64,000 nt of DNA from a virus, in IMG/VR virus record IMGVR_UViG_3300027111_000206, positions 6,686 through 70,685 of that record; one strand, 5' to 3'. Numbering within the stretch: the first letter of the stretch is position 1; every line of letters begins with the position of its first letter. The position numbers were made by a program, and so were the translations under genes. The notes beneath the pieces are model-generated. The model was not told the origin of the DNA and searched no databases. It worked only from the letters and a program-made list of their open reading frames with translations. Shown here one piece after another: positions 15,859-24,765 of the stretch.

Positions 15859-16668
15859 ATGCACCAATCCAACCAAACGATCAATACCCCGGCCAATGTC
15901 GCGACACGTTTCGCCGGATCTGAAAACGTGTCGCGCACCACGATGTCATCCCGAGAGATCGCCAACATCACCGGGAAGCGCCACGACAACGTGAAGCGTG
16001 ACATCGCCGCGATGCTCAAAGACCTGGAAGTCGATGCACTCAGTTTTGAGGACATTTACCTGGACGGTCGCAATCGGGAGCAAGTCCAGTACCTGCTCGA
16101 CCGAGAGCACACCGACTGCTTGCTCACTGGCTACAGCGCACCAATGCGCATGAAGGTTATTCGCCGCTGGCGTGAGCTGGAGCAGCAACAGGGCGCCCGC
16201 AATCAGGTTTTGCTCAACGGCACCAAGGTCGTCGGCGAGCTCGCGATTCTGGAGTGCTTCACGCGCCTGCTCAAACCCGCACCGTCTAGCCAGGTGATGA
16301 TGCTCGCCCAGATCGCCACCAACAACGGCCTCGACGCCAAGTTCCTGCCCGGCTACGCAATTGACGCCGCACCAGATGCCGCCGGCGGCTCCTCAATGCC
16401 CACCAAGTCGGCCACGGCCCTGCTAAAGGAAAACGACATCCGCTGTTCGCCGGCGGCCTTCAACCATGCCCTAGAATCGCACGGAATCCTCAAGCAGCTC
16501 CAGCGCAAGAACTCCCACGGCGACATGGTTCCGTTCTGGTCCGTGACTGAAAAGGGCCTCCAGTACGGCAAGAACCTCACCAGCCCTCAATGCCCACGCG
16601 AGACGCAGCCTCATTGGTATGTCGATCGCTTTGCAGAACTGGCTCGGATTGTCAGGGGTGCAGCATGA
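15859..16668 (+). CDS. rha: Rha-family phage regulatory protein
   Basis: TMSSREIANITGKRHDNVKRDI ... YLLDREHTDCLLTGYS N-terminal Rha domain. Confidence 0.85.
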   Translation: MHQSNQTINTPANVATRFAGSENVSRTTMSSREIANITGKRHDNVKRDIAAMLKDLEVDALSFEDIYLDGRNREQVQYLLDREHTDCLLTGYSAPMRMKVIRRWRELEQQQGARNQVLLNGTKVVGELAILECFTRLLKPAPSSQVMMLAQIATNNGLDAKFLPGYAIDAAPDAAGGSSMPTKSATALLKENDIRCSPAAFNHALESHGILKQLQRKNSHGDMVPFWSVTEKGLQYGKNLTSPQCPRETQPHWYVDRFAELARIVRGAA

Positions 16669-17024
16669 GCGACTTCAGCACCCAAAAAAGCGTCTGCGCA
16701 CGGAAGAAACACACCTGTAGCGAGTGCGCTGGAGATATCCGCCCCGGTGATCGCTACATGCTTTTGTCTGGCGCTCAAGACGGGCAGGGATACAGCTTCA
16801 AGCGCTGCGCTCAATGTCATCACGCATTCGTCTGGCTTGATTTGACGCTTCGCCTTGGCCCCTACGGCCTTGCGCCAGATGAAGGGATTGAATTCGGTGC
16901 GCTGCATTCCGAACTGGCTGAGTACGCAAGTGAATCACGATTCAGCGACCCCGAGCCACTGCGCCATCTGCTTGGCATGGCCGAACGTCGTGAAGCCTCA
17001 CAGAAAACTCAGGAGGCCGCGTAA
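16665..17024 (+). CDS. Hypothetical Zn-finger protein
   Basis: HTCSECAGDIRPGDRY, CAQC. Confidence 0.7.
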   Translation: MSDFSTQKSVCARKKHTCSECAGDIRPGDRYMLLSGAQDGQGYSFKRCAQCHHAFVWLDLTLRLGPYGLAPDEGIEFGALHSELAEYASESRFSDPEPLRHLLGMAERREASQKTQEAA

Positions 17025-17800
17025 TGGCCGGGGATTGGATAAAAATGCGAGTAGACCTTCAGACACATCCGAAAGTGTTCCGCATGGTGTCCGCATTGAA
17101 AGCGGACAGATTGCGGATTATCGGCGGACTGCATGTAGCCTGGAGCATCTTCGACACCCATTCCGATGATGGCGTGCTTCACGGATACAGCGTGGATGCC
17201 ATGGACGCGGTGATTGGCTGGCCGGGTTTCACCCAGGCCATGGTCGACGTCGACTGGGCTTCGGTTGAGGATGACGGAAGCCTTGTAATGCCTCGCTTTG
17301 ACGAGCACAACGGGGCCAGCGCCAAGCGCCGCGCCAACGATTCCGAACGCAAGCGCAACGAACGCAAAAAACCTGTCCGCAATTTGTCCGCTTCGGATGC
17401 GGACAGTTTGCGGACCAGAGAAGAGAAGAGAAGAGAAGAGAAGAAACAAGATCAAGAGCAAGGCGCTGACGCGCCGGCGAAGTCTGGAAAATTTGATCCG
17501 CTGACTGCCAAGCCCGCCAACGTGTCCGACAAGGCCTGGGCCGACTGGTGCCAGCACCGCAAGGAAATCCGTAAGCCACTTACCGCCAAGAGCTGTGAGC
17601 AGCAGGCCAAGGCGCTGGTGGGGCATTCGGCCCCGGACCAGGTGCTCGCCACCTCGATCGCCAACGGTTGGACCGGCATCTTCCCGGACAAGCCCCTCAG
17701 CAACGTCCATCCGTTCCCACAATCGCGTCATACGGGTTTTGCCGACCGCGACTACACCGCAGGCCTGAAACTACGGGAGGACGGTTCCTATGCGATCTGA
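17024..17800 (+). CDS. Replication initiator (lambda O-like)
   Basis: MAGDWIKMRVDLQTHPKV N-terminus; W.DWCQHRKEIRKPLT C-terminal domain; upstream of DnaC-like gene. Confidence 0.8.
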   Translation: MAGDWIKMRVDLQTHPKVFRMVSALKADRLRIIGGLHVAWSIFDTHSDDGVLHGYSVDAMDAVIGWPGFTQAMVDVDWASVEDDGSLVMPRFDEHNGASAKRRANDSERKRNERKKPVRNLSASDADSLRTREEKRREEKKQDQEQGADAPAKSGKFDPLTAKPANVSDKAWADWCQHRKEIRKPLTAKSCEQQAKALVGHSAPDQVLATSIANGWTGIFPDKPLSNVHPFPQSRHTGFADRDYTAGLKLREDGSYAI

Positions 17801-18596
17801 GACAGTCCAGCCGACACCCGAACTGCCGCCAGGAACGCGTATCCAGCCGGCCACCTGTGAAACCCACGGCGCCTACGAGCAGAAGATATTCCCGCTGCTG
17901 GGCAAGGAGCTGAAGAGCGGGTGCCCTGAGTGCGGCCGAGAAGTCCGTGAGAAGGCCGAGGCCGCCGAGCGCGCCAACAAGGCCATGGAGCAGCGCATGG
18001 CCATGGAGCGCAAGCTGGGTGCAGCCCTGATCCCCAAGCGCTTCGCCAGCAAGACCCTGGACGGCTATGTCGCCAAGACCGTGGAACAGCGCAAGGCCCT
18101 GAACACCTGCCGCCGTTACGCCGCGGAGTTCCCGCAGATTGCCGAAACCGGTCGCTGCCTGTTGCTGCTGGGCAAACCTGGTACCGGGAAGACTCACCTG
18201 TCGGTAGCCATTGCCAACGAGATCATGGCCAGGACCACCGCCACGGCTGTGTATCGCACCCTTGGCGCTGTGCTCCAGCAGATCCGGGCGTCCTACGACC
18301 ACGCCAGCGAACAGAGCGAGAGCCAGATCCTGTCGAGCCTGATCAGCCCCTCGCTGCTCATCTTGGACGAGATCGGCGTGAGCAAGGAGAAGCCCAGCGA
18401 CTTCGAGCTGACGACCCTGTTCGCGATCATCAACGGCCGGTACGAGGAAATGCGTCCGACCATCATCGTTTCCAACTTGGACGGCCAGGCTCTGCCCGGC
18501 GCCGTCGGTGAGCGCTGCATCGATCGCCTGCGCGAGGGTGGGGTGATCGTTATCCCGTTCGAGTGGGAATCGCAGCGCGGCAAGGAGGGCTTCTGA
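17790..18596 (+). CDS. DnaC/IstB-like helicase loader ATPase
   Basis: GKPGTGKTHL Walker A, LLILDEIG Walker B, IIVSNL, IDRL. Confidence 0.9.
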   Translation: MRSETVQPTPELPPGTRIQPATCETHGAYEQKIFPLLGKELKSGCPECGREVREKAEAAERANKAMEQRMAMERKLGAALIPKRFASKTLDGYVAKTVEQRKALNTCRRYAAEFPQIAETGRCLLLLGKPGTGKTHLSVAIANEIMARTTATAVYRTLGAVLQQIRASYDHASEQSESQILSSLISPSLLILDEIGVSKEKPSDFELTTLFAIINGRYEEMRPTIIVSNLDGQALPGAVGERCIDRLREGGVIVIPFEWESQRGKEGF

Positions 18597-18597
18597 C

Positions 18598-18999
18598 ATG
18601 ACCATCGACAAACAAAAACTCCAGGTCCTGCTGTGGGCCGAGGTAGCCGCCTGGAAGGCTGACTGTGAGGAATGGAAGCAGAACGCTGAAGCGCTGGGGG
18701 AGTTCCTTGGAGAGAAGACCGTGGAGGAGGTGGCGCTGGAGCTGCTGGCGGAGAACGAGGCGCTACGCGCAAAGCTGGAAAGCCCAGATCCCATCCTCAT
18801 CAAGTGCTTGGATGCCGCAATAGCTGAGCAGGAACAACTCGTAAGGGATGCTGAGCGGTACCGGTGGCTACGTGAAGAGACCTCCGCAGGCCCAAATATT
18901 CAGGTCAGCGAATGGGTAGGGCCTCATGAGTACCCTCTCAATGGGGTTGGGCTGGACTCTGCTATCGACGCAGCCCTGGGCAAGGCGGTGAAGCAATGA
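18598..18999 (+). CDS. Hypothetical phage protein (Ead/Ea22-like)
   Basis: VALELLAENEAL and RDAERYRWLR patterns. Confidence 0.65.
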   Translation: MTIDKQKLQVLLWAEVAAWKADCEEWKQNAEALGEFLGEKTVEEVALELLAENEALRAKLESPDPILIKCLDAAIAEQEQLVRDAERYRWLREETSAGPNIQVSEWVGPHEYPLNGVGLDSAIDAALGKAVKQ

Positions 19000-19211
19000 A
19001 CGCGCAAATTGAAACTGCAAAGGTGGGAATGATCGTCCGCAAAATCCGAAGCGGGTCAATGTACCAAATTCAAATCGTTGAAGCAGACAGCGTGTACTTG
19101 CGCCCTTATTGGGCCGGCAATGGCTCCAGGTCTACTTGGAAAACGCTCACTCACCTTTGGCGCGACTACAAGCGAGTTGACGACACAGCTGTAGCGGCGG
19201 TGCAGCCATGA
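18996..19211 (+). CDS. Hypothetical phage protein
   Basis: ATGA-coupled 71-aa ORF. Confidence 0.55.
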   Translation: MNAQIETAKVGMIVRKIRSGSMYQIQIVEADSVYLRPYWAGNGSRSTWKTLTHLWRDYKRVDDTAVAAVQP

Positions 19212-19275
19212 GCGATGTATTCGGGATTGCATTCATTGTTCTCTGCCTGTTGCTCATACTTCAAGGAGGGCAGCC

Positions 19276-19746
19276 ATGACCGACAAGATCAGCGTCAACT
19301 GCCAAGCCAAGCTCTCCGAGGCCATAACCAAGCTCAGCACCATGTACCGGGACAAGAAGTTCGTGGTCGTCTCCCTGCGCCCTGGCAAGGACCGCACGCT
19401 CGACCAGAATGCCCTGTGGTTCGCGATGTACAAGCGGATTTCGGAAATGACCCAGATCGGCGATCCCGCTGACGCTCGGCGGTACTGCAAGCTGCACATC
19501 GGCGTGCAGATCCTGCTCAACGAGGATTCCGGGTTCCAGGCTGCTTGGTACCAGGTGATGCGCCACCTGCCGTATGAGACGAAGCTGGCGATGATGGGCG
19601 AGTGCAAGCTCTTCGGCCCGGACGGCTTCCCGGTGACCAGCCTGTTCAATCGCGCCCAGGGGATACAGTACACGGACCGCATCGTCGCTTACTTCACCGG
19701 CCAGGGTGTTGTGTTCAGCGACCTGCTGAGCGAGGTGGCCGCATGA
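19276..19746 (+). CDS. NinB-like recombination protein
   Basis: RTLDQNALWFAMYKRIS motif; TSLFNRAQG..Y.D.I. Confidence 0.65.
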   Translation: MTDKISVNCQAKLSEAITKLSTMYRDKKFVVVSLRPGKDRTLDQNALWFAMYKRISEMTQIGDPADARRYCKLHIGVQILLNEDSGFQAAWYQVMRHLPYETKLAMMGECKLFGPDGFPVTSLFNRAQGIQYTDRIVAYFTGQGVVFSDLLSEVAA

Positions 19747-19973
19747 GCAGGCGTGACTGGTACGACCGTCGAACGGATAAGCGTGTGGCTCTCCAAATCG
19801 CCGAAGAGCAGGGGATTGTCGCCGACAGCTCGGAACTGCGCGCATCCCTGGTCGCCAAGATTCACTCTGGAGAAATGACCATTGAGCAGGTGCAGGCCGA
19901 ACTGCGGAAGGTGAAGCGCGAGGCCAAGAAAAATGGCCTGAAGACGCGCGACCAGATATGGAGGTCCGCATGA
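19743..19973 (+). CDS. Hypothetical protein (MSRRDWYDRR...)
   Basis: ATGA-coupled on both sides. Confidence 0.6.
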   Translation: MSRRDWYDRRTDKRVALQIAEEQGIVADSSELRASLVAKIHSGEMTIEQVQAELRKVKREAKKNGLKTRDQIWRSA

Positions 19974-20590
19974 GCCATACAGCCAACAGTCTCACGGCCA
20001 AGCAGCCACGCCCAAAGAAATGCGCGGTCCCAACATGCAGGGCCTCATTCGTCCCTCGGGCCAGCTTCCAGACATGGTGCTCACCGGACTGCGGCGTCGT
20101 CATTGCCCGGGCCAAGCAGGAGAAGAAGCGAAAGGCCCTGGCCCAGGTCGAGCGCCGTGAGATCAAGGTCCGCAAGGAGAAGCTGAAAAGCAGAGCGGAT
20201 CATCTGCGCGAGGCTCAGGCCGCAGTGAACGAGTACGTCCGCCTGCGGGACGCGCACTTGCCGTGCATCAGCTGCGACTCGATGCCGAACGACAACGACC
20301 TCATGACGGGCAGCCGCTGGGACGCGGGGCACTACCGATCCGTCGGTGCCTGTCCTGAGCTGCGATTCGAGCCGCTGAACATCCACCGCCAGTGTGTGAA
20401 GTGCAATCGAAACCTGTCCGGTAACGCGGTCGAGTACCGAATCCGGCTGGTGCAGCGCATCGGCGCCGAAGCCGTGGCATGGCTCGAAGGGCTTCATGAG
20501 CCCCGCAAGTACACCGTCGACGAAATCAAAACCATCAAGGCCGAATACCGGGCAAAGGCCAGAGAATTGAAAAGGGGAGAGGCAGCATGA
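19970..20590 (+). CDS. ninG: NinG/Rap-family recombination endonuclease
   Basis: KKCAVPTC..QTWCSPDC, PCISC, WDAGHYRS, NIHRQCVKCN. Confidence 0.88.
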   Translation: MSHTANSLTAKQPRPKKCAVPTCRASFVPRASFQTWCSPDCGVVIARAKQEKKRKALAQVERREIKVRKEKLKSRADHLREAQAAVNEYVRLRDAHLPCISCDSMPNDNDLMTGSRWDAGHYRSVGACPELRFEPLNIHRQCVKCNRNLSGNAVEYRIRLVQRIGAEAVAWLEGLHEPRKYTVDEIKTIKAEYRAKARELKRGEAA

Positions 20591-21273
20591 AACTGATCAA
20601 CGCACGTCAGGTATGGACCGAGGCACAGCACGAATCGAACGCGTCGATCAGCGCTGTGGCAATCGACAAGGCGGAATCGGCGCCGGTGAAGAAGGGGGCC
20701 CGAATCAGCAAGCGCGAGGCGTCATTTCCTGCGCTTGGCACCGAGAAGGGAGAGGAGGCGGCCCGATTCGCGGTTCCTGGTCAGCGGATCAGCATCAGCG
20801 AGACGCGCCGCACACCGGTAGGTCGGTCCACCGCCCGCGCCGCGCACCTGGCAACCATTGGCAAGGTGCTCCGGGCAATCGACACGTTGCCTTTCCAGGA
20901 GCAACAGTTCGGGCATTACCTGTACCACCCATGCATGACCCTGGTTCATGTTCTCAACGCCGAGAAGCTGATCTGGGGCAGCGTGGATTTCTCCGGCCTC
21001 ACCGAAGCCAAGGAAGCGAAGGTGCATTGCCTTCTGACCTTGGCTCTACAGTCCTACAAGGTCGAGGCGCACAACGGGGCACCTTGGGGGCCGGCTCGTA
21101 TCGCCGAGGGCATGTTCAAGCTCTACGGGGTTCACATCGAGCCCAAGGTATGGGATCGGGACTGGAAAGAAGCGTGGAATTTCCTGCGCGAAGCCATTGA
21201 GGAAGTGGATATTCGTGTGCAGCAGCCGGTGTGGCAGGTGATTCACGAAGAAAAAGAAGAGTGTGCGGCATAA
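20587..21273 (+). CDS. Late antiterminator (Q-like)
   Basis: Last early-right gene, immediately followed by a pR'-like promoter and terminator. Confidence 0.65.
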   Translation: MKLINARQVWTEAQHESNASISAVAIDKAESAPVKKGARISKREASFPALGTEKGEEAARFAVPGQRISISETRRTPVGRSTARAAHLATIGKVLRAIDTLPFQEQQFGHYLYHPCMTLVHVLNAEKLIWGSVDFSGLTEAKEAKVHCLLTLALQSYKVEAHNGAPWGPARIAEGMFKLYGVHIEPKVWDRDWKEAWNFLREAIEEVDIRVQQPVWQVIHEEKEECAA

Positions 21274-21278
21274 AAGTG

Positions 21279-21307
21279 TTGTCATGTTGGGGTTTTTGAG
21301 GTACTTT
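21279..21307 (+). promoter_or_regulatory. Late promoter (pR'-like)
   Basis: TTGTCA-17 nt-TACTTT. Confidence 0.75.
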
Positions 21308-21349
21308 TCCCATAGTGCACAAGTAACGCGAAACGCACACGAAACCCTG

Positions 21350-21374
21350 AACCCGGCCAAGCGCCGGGTTTTTT
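21350..21374 (+). terminator. Intrinsic terminator (tR'-like)
   Basis: AACCCGGC-CAAGC-GCCGGGTT then T run. Confidence 0.85.
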
Positions 21375-21440
21375 ATTGCCCAAATGCAGGCGAAAGACCG
21401 GAAAGACCCTCCTGCCAAATCGACGTTCGAGGTTCTACCG

Positions 21441-21680
21441 ATGACCCACATCACCCGCTGCAAAATGACTCTCCGCTCCAAAGGGCCTGTTCAGGGCTCG
21501 ACGGAATCACTGACGCGCCTGCACTTCGGTGCGGTGTGGTCGGCCAATCCAGCGGAAGAGGATGCGATCTACGGCAAGTACACCCCGTACGGCGAATACG
21601 TCGTGAATGTGGCTGCCGACCGGGCCGAGCATTTCGAGGAAGGGAAGGACTACTACTTCGATATCTCGCCGGCTTTCTGA
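21441..21680 (+). CDS. Hypothetical protein (MTHITRCKMTL...)
   Basis: GAGG RBS; EDAIYGKYTPYG..V ... FEEGKDYYFDISPA. Confidence 0.7.
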   Translation: MTHITRCKMTLRSKGPVQGSTESLTRLHFGAVWSANPAEEDAIYGKYTPYGEYVVNVAADRAEHFEEGKDYYFDISPAF

Positions 21681-21689
21681 TTCACCTGT

Positions 21690-21880
21690 AGCCAGGACAG
21701 CCTTCGGGAAGACCTGGACGTCGATAGCCGGTAGTGCGGCGTACGGAAACAACACCGGCAGCCCGCGCACCCTGACCAACCATCTGACGCAGGGTGGCGC
21801 GAGACCTGAGCGGCGAGATCGATGCATAGGGGCGTCGACGCCGTGATAGCCTTTGGCGGACGGAGGGGAAAGACCCTCAC
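21690..21880 (+). ncRNA. Putative structured ncRNA (unassigned)
   Basis: Multiple stems with UUCG and GAAA loops and a long-range CGTCGAT/ATCGATG pairing; no credible ORF. Confidence 0.45.
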
Positions 21881-21885
21881 ATCAT

Positions 21886-22032
21886 GCGGATGAATGCGCA
21901 GGCTGATGCGCGAGGAAGCTACACGGGTTTGCCGGTGAAATTCCGGTGCTCCTACAGGGTTTGCGACCAGCGTTGCCGGTTCGAGTCCGGACGGAACCCT
22001 GTATGCCGGTATCAGCACCGGCCATCCGCACC
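21886..22032 (+). ncRNA. tRNA-shaped structured RNA with complementary D-like/T-like loops (unassigned)
   Basis: GCGGATG/CATCCGC-ACC acceptor, GCGC D-like arm, GCCGG/CCGGC T-like arm; loops GCTGAT and ATCAGC are complementary. Confidence 0.55.
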
Positions 22033-22035
22033 TAT

Positions 22036-22458
22036 TCAGGCCGCTTCGACCGAAACCGAAAGACGTTTGCCGAGCGCGGCCAATGCATTCTCCAGGGCTT
22101 CCATCTTCGATGTGTGAAGGAAGTCCACCAGGCGATCGCCTTGGGTCTGAGCAATACCCAGCAGCCGGCACAGGTCAGCCTTGCGCATATCCCGCGCGAT
22201 GAGTTCGTTCCACAGAGCAATCTTCGCCACTGTCACCGCTGGCAGGTGAACGACATGCTCGCCTTCCTGGGAAGCGGATGCGGCTGGAATCGCCCGGCGC
22301 TGATCGACATACAGCGACAGAGTGGTCTCGATAGCGTCCATAGCCTCACGGATCGCGTGCTCGACGTCATCGCCAAAGCTGTTCAGCTCTGGCAGGTCCC
22401 GGCAGAACACAGCCACACCGGTGGCGTCCTGTTCAAATCGAATTGCAAAGTCGTACAT
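22036..22458 (-). CDS. hicB: HicB antitoxin
   Basis: VFCRDLPELNSFGDD.E.A...A.DA N-terminal domain plus C-terminal HTH. Confidence 0.9.
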   Translation of the reverse strand: MYDFAIRFEQDATGVAVFCRDLPELNSFGDDVEHAIREAMDAIETTLSLYVDQRRAIPAASASQEGEHVVHLPAVTVAKIALWNELIARDMRKADLCRLLGIAQTQGDRLVDFLHTSKMEALENALAALGKRLSVSVEAA

Positions 22459-22510
22459 GGGTCACTCCTTGGAGGTGATCGTTCAGTTTCCAGAATGGCG
22501 AAGGGGGCCC

Positions 22511-22693
22511 TTAGAGCCCCAGTTGTTTAATGATCGCCTTGCGGGTCGGTTCCGGCATTTCCTTGGATCCGTGGTCCGCGAAGGTTGTCTTGTTGCCGTT
22601 TGGGGCGGTGACTTTGAAGTGGCTTCCTTTGCCTGCTTCGAAGGTCACCCCTTGGGCCTTCAACCATCGTCTGAACTCGCTGAACTTCATCAC
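22511..22693 (-). CDS. hicA: HicA toxin
   Basis: MKFSEFRRWLKAQG..FEAGKGSHFKV; KAIIKQLGL. Confidence 0.92.
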   Translation of the reverse strand: MMKFSEFRRWLKAQGVTFEAGKGSHFKVTAPNGNKTTFADHGSKEMPEPTRKAIIKQLGL

Positions 22694-22720
22694 CTCGCCT
22701 CGTTGTTTGGATGAGACCAG

Positions 22721-22761
22721 TATACAACAGATTTGTGGTAATACAACAGTTCTGTTGTATT
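22721..22761 (-). promoter_or_regulatory. hicAB promoter with palindromic operators
   Basis: AATACAACAG-TT-CTGTTGTATT perfect palindrome (22740-61) plus an imperfect copy (22721-40) overlapping TTGTAT/TATACT. Confidence 0.7.
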
Positions 22762-22939
22762 TGGCTGTTACCTATTCAGGGCCTCGACATTGATCGAGGC
22801 GTGTTCGTTTTCGGCCCCGCCACACCCATCGCCCTGAGCTGAGAGTGCTGCTGGAGCTGACCTATTCGCCGCTGCTCCCCAGCGTTTGGCCGCTCACACC
22901 GGCCCTTTTCTTCAATCATGCACAGCCGGAGTCGAGCGC

Positions 22940-23278
22940 ATGGAGTATCTACAGCGCCTGCTCGACAAGATCGACAGGTTCGAATTGGTGATTGCGGGCC
23001 TCATTGGTGCCGTTGTAGCGAGCTGGTGGCATAAGGACGACTTGTCCGACTGGCGCGCCTGGATGGTGTTCTTGATCACTGGGGTTGCCTGCTCGCTGTA
23101 CCTGACGAGCATGGTCAGCACCTACTTGAACGTCACCGAGCCAAAGATCGTTGCCGGTATCGGCTTCCTGCTGGGCACCTTCGGCGGTTCACTTCTGGCC
23201 GCCATCAACCGAGCAATCAAAGCCGCTGACCTCTGGGCGCTTATCCGCCAGCGGTTCGGGGGAGGCAATCCACCATGA
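22940..23278 (+). CDS. Holin
   Basis: 112 aa, three hydrophobic segments, basic C-terminus, head of the late operon. Confidence 0.75.
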   Translation: MEYLQRLLDKIDRFELVIAGLIGAVVASWWHKDDLSDWRAWMVFLITGVACSLYLTSMVSTYLNVTEPKIVAGIGFLLGTFGGSLLAAINRAIKAADLWALIRQRFGGGNPP

Positions 23279-23595
23279 ATCTTGAACTGATCAACTCCAT
23301 CGCCTGCGGCCTAATCGCATTGTGGGCGACCTGGTGTGTCCTCAGTGGTCGGGTGCGAGACGGCATCCTCGGCAAGCTGATCTATTCGGCGGTCGCCATC
23401 AGCGGGTTTGTTGTGATGACCCGCAGCCAGAACATCTTCTTTGGCCCTACCACCGCGGGCCTTACGCTGCACATGTCCCTGGCACTCGCCGGCCTGCGCC
23501 ATATCTTCATGGTCATCTGGTGGGCGAGGGTGAGAGCCTGGCTGTGCCGCACGATGAACTGTGAGGATTGCATGGGCTGTGACAAGAAACAGTAA
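23275..23595 (+). CDS. Membrane protein (holin partner-like)
   Basis: Three TM segments; ATGA-coupled to holin. Confidence 0.65.
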   Translation: MNLELINSIACGLIALWATWCVLSGRVRDGILGKLIYSAVAISGFVVMTRSQNIFFGPTTAGLTLHMSLALAGLRHIFMVIWWARVRAWLCRTMNCEDCMGCDKKQ

Positions 23596-23647
23596 TCCGC
23601 GACACGTTTCGCAAATCAGAAAATTGTGTCGCGACACGGGGGGAGCT

Positions 23648-24271
23648 ATGAACAGGCCAATGCCTCCTGCGTCACTGGTTGAGCTTTCAGAGCTGTCCGA
23701 CTTCGGCATCCGCCTGACACCATCGCCTGAAGTGTGGGACTGGCTACAGGCCGAGATCCTTGCCGACACCGGCAGCATCCACAACCCAGACCATGCCCAC
23801 CTACTGGATGCAGACATCCGGGTCATGTGGGCGTCGTCGAGCTTCAGCAAGCAGGGGCGCACAGTACTGGGCCAGGCCGAGCAGGTAGCGTTCCGTGCAG
23901 GTGGCTGGCAGAAGGCTCGAATGGAGCAACAGATGCGTGACTGGTTCGGCGATGTGCCGACTTTCATCATCACTCTGGCCGCTGACTACTGTGCCCAGTG
24001 CGGCGACCTGGAGTTCTGTGCCCTGATCGAGCACGAGCTGTATCACTTGGCTCATGCGACCGACAAGTACGGTCAGCCAGCTTTCACCCAGGACGGCGCA
24101 CCGAAGATCAAGCTCCAAGGCCATGACGTCGAGGAGTTTGTTGGTGTGGTCCGCCGCTACGGTGCAAGCCCTGACGTTCAAGCGTTGGTGGATGCAGCAA
24201 ACAGTCCTGCTGAGGTGGGGAAATTGAACATTGCGAGGGCCTGCGGAACCTGTCTGCTCAAGTCGGCCTGA
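23648..24271 (+). CDS. Phage putative metallopeptidase
   Basis: ALIEHELYH and HDVEEF..VVRRYG motifs. Confidence 0.8.
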   Translation: MNRPMPPASLVELSELSDFGIRLTPSPEVWDWLQAEILADTGSIHNPDHAHLLDADIRVMWASSSFSKQGRTVLGQAEQVAFRAGGWQKARMEQQMRDWFGDVPTFIITLAADYCAQCGDLEFCALIEHELYHLAHATDKYGQPAFTQDGAPKIKLQGHDVEEFVGVVRRYGASPDVQALVDAANSPAEVGKLNIARACGTCLLKSA

Positions 24272-24303
24272 TCCTTGACAGGACCTTGACGGAATAAACC
24301 CAT

Positions 24304-24765
24304 ATGGCAGCCCTGAAAGATGAGGTGAAGCGCTTCATTGTGCAGGCCCTAGCCTGTTTCGATACCCCCACCCAGGTTGTACAAGCTGTCAAGGAAACGT
24401 TCGGCCTTGAACTGACCCGCCAGCAGTGCGAGCTGTACGACCCCACCAAGTATGCAGGGCGTGACCTTGGAGTGAAGTGGCGGACAGTCTTTGAAGACAC
24501 CCGCAAGCGGTTCCGGGAAGAGACCGCCGAGATCCCTATAGCGAATCGCGCCTTCCGGTTGCGTGCGATGAATCGGTCATTCGAGAGAGCTGATAGCTCC
24601 AAGAATATCCCGCTGGCAATGCAGATCCTCGAGCAGGCAGCGAAAGAGACGGGCGATATGTTCGTCAACCGCTCCCGCAAGGAAGAACCAGAAGACCAGC
24701 CGGCTATCCCGACCCGTATCCAGGTCAACGTAGTGGATGCGAGGAAGCCGAATGCCGAGCCTTAA
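24304..24765 (+). CDS. Terminase small subunit (DUF2280-like)
   Basis: FIVQALACFDTPTQV; IPIANRAFRLR; directly before TerL. Confidence 0.82.
   Translation: MAALKDEVKRFIVQALACFDTPTQVVQAVKETFGLELTRQQCELYDPTKYAGRDLGVKWRTVFEDTRKRFREETAEIPIANRAFRLRAMNRSFERADSSKNIPLAMQILEQAAKETGDMFVNRSRKEEPEDQPAIPTRIQVNVVDARKPNAEP

Noticed and set aside
21886-22032. Canonical tRNA gene
   Set aside because: No 7-nt anticodon loop in the proper place, non-canonical 8-nt T loop, ~90-nt insert, and ends ACCT rather than CCA. Kept only as a tRNA-like RNA.
22780-22939. Possible structured element before the holin
   Set aside because: Only short GC-rich stems, which I could not distinguish from chance without covariation data.
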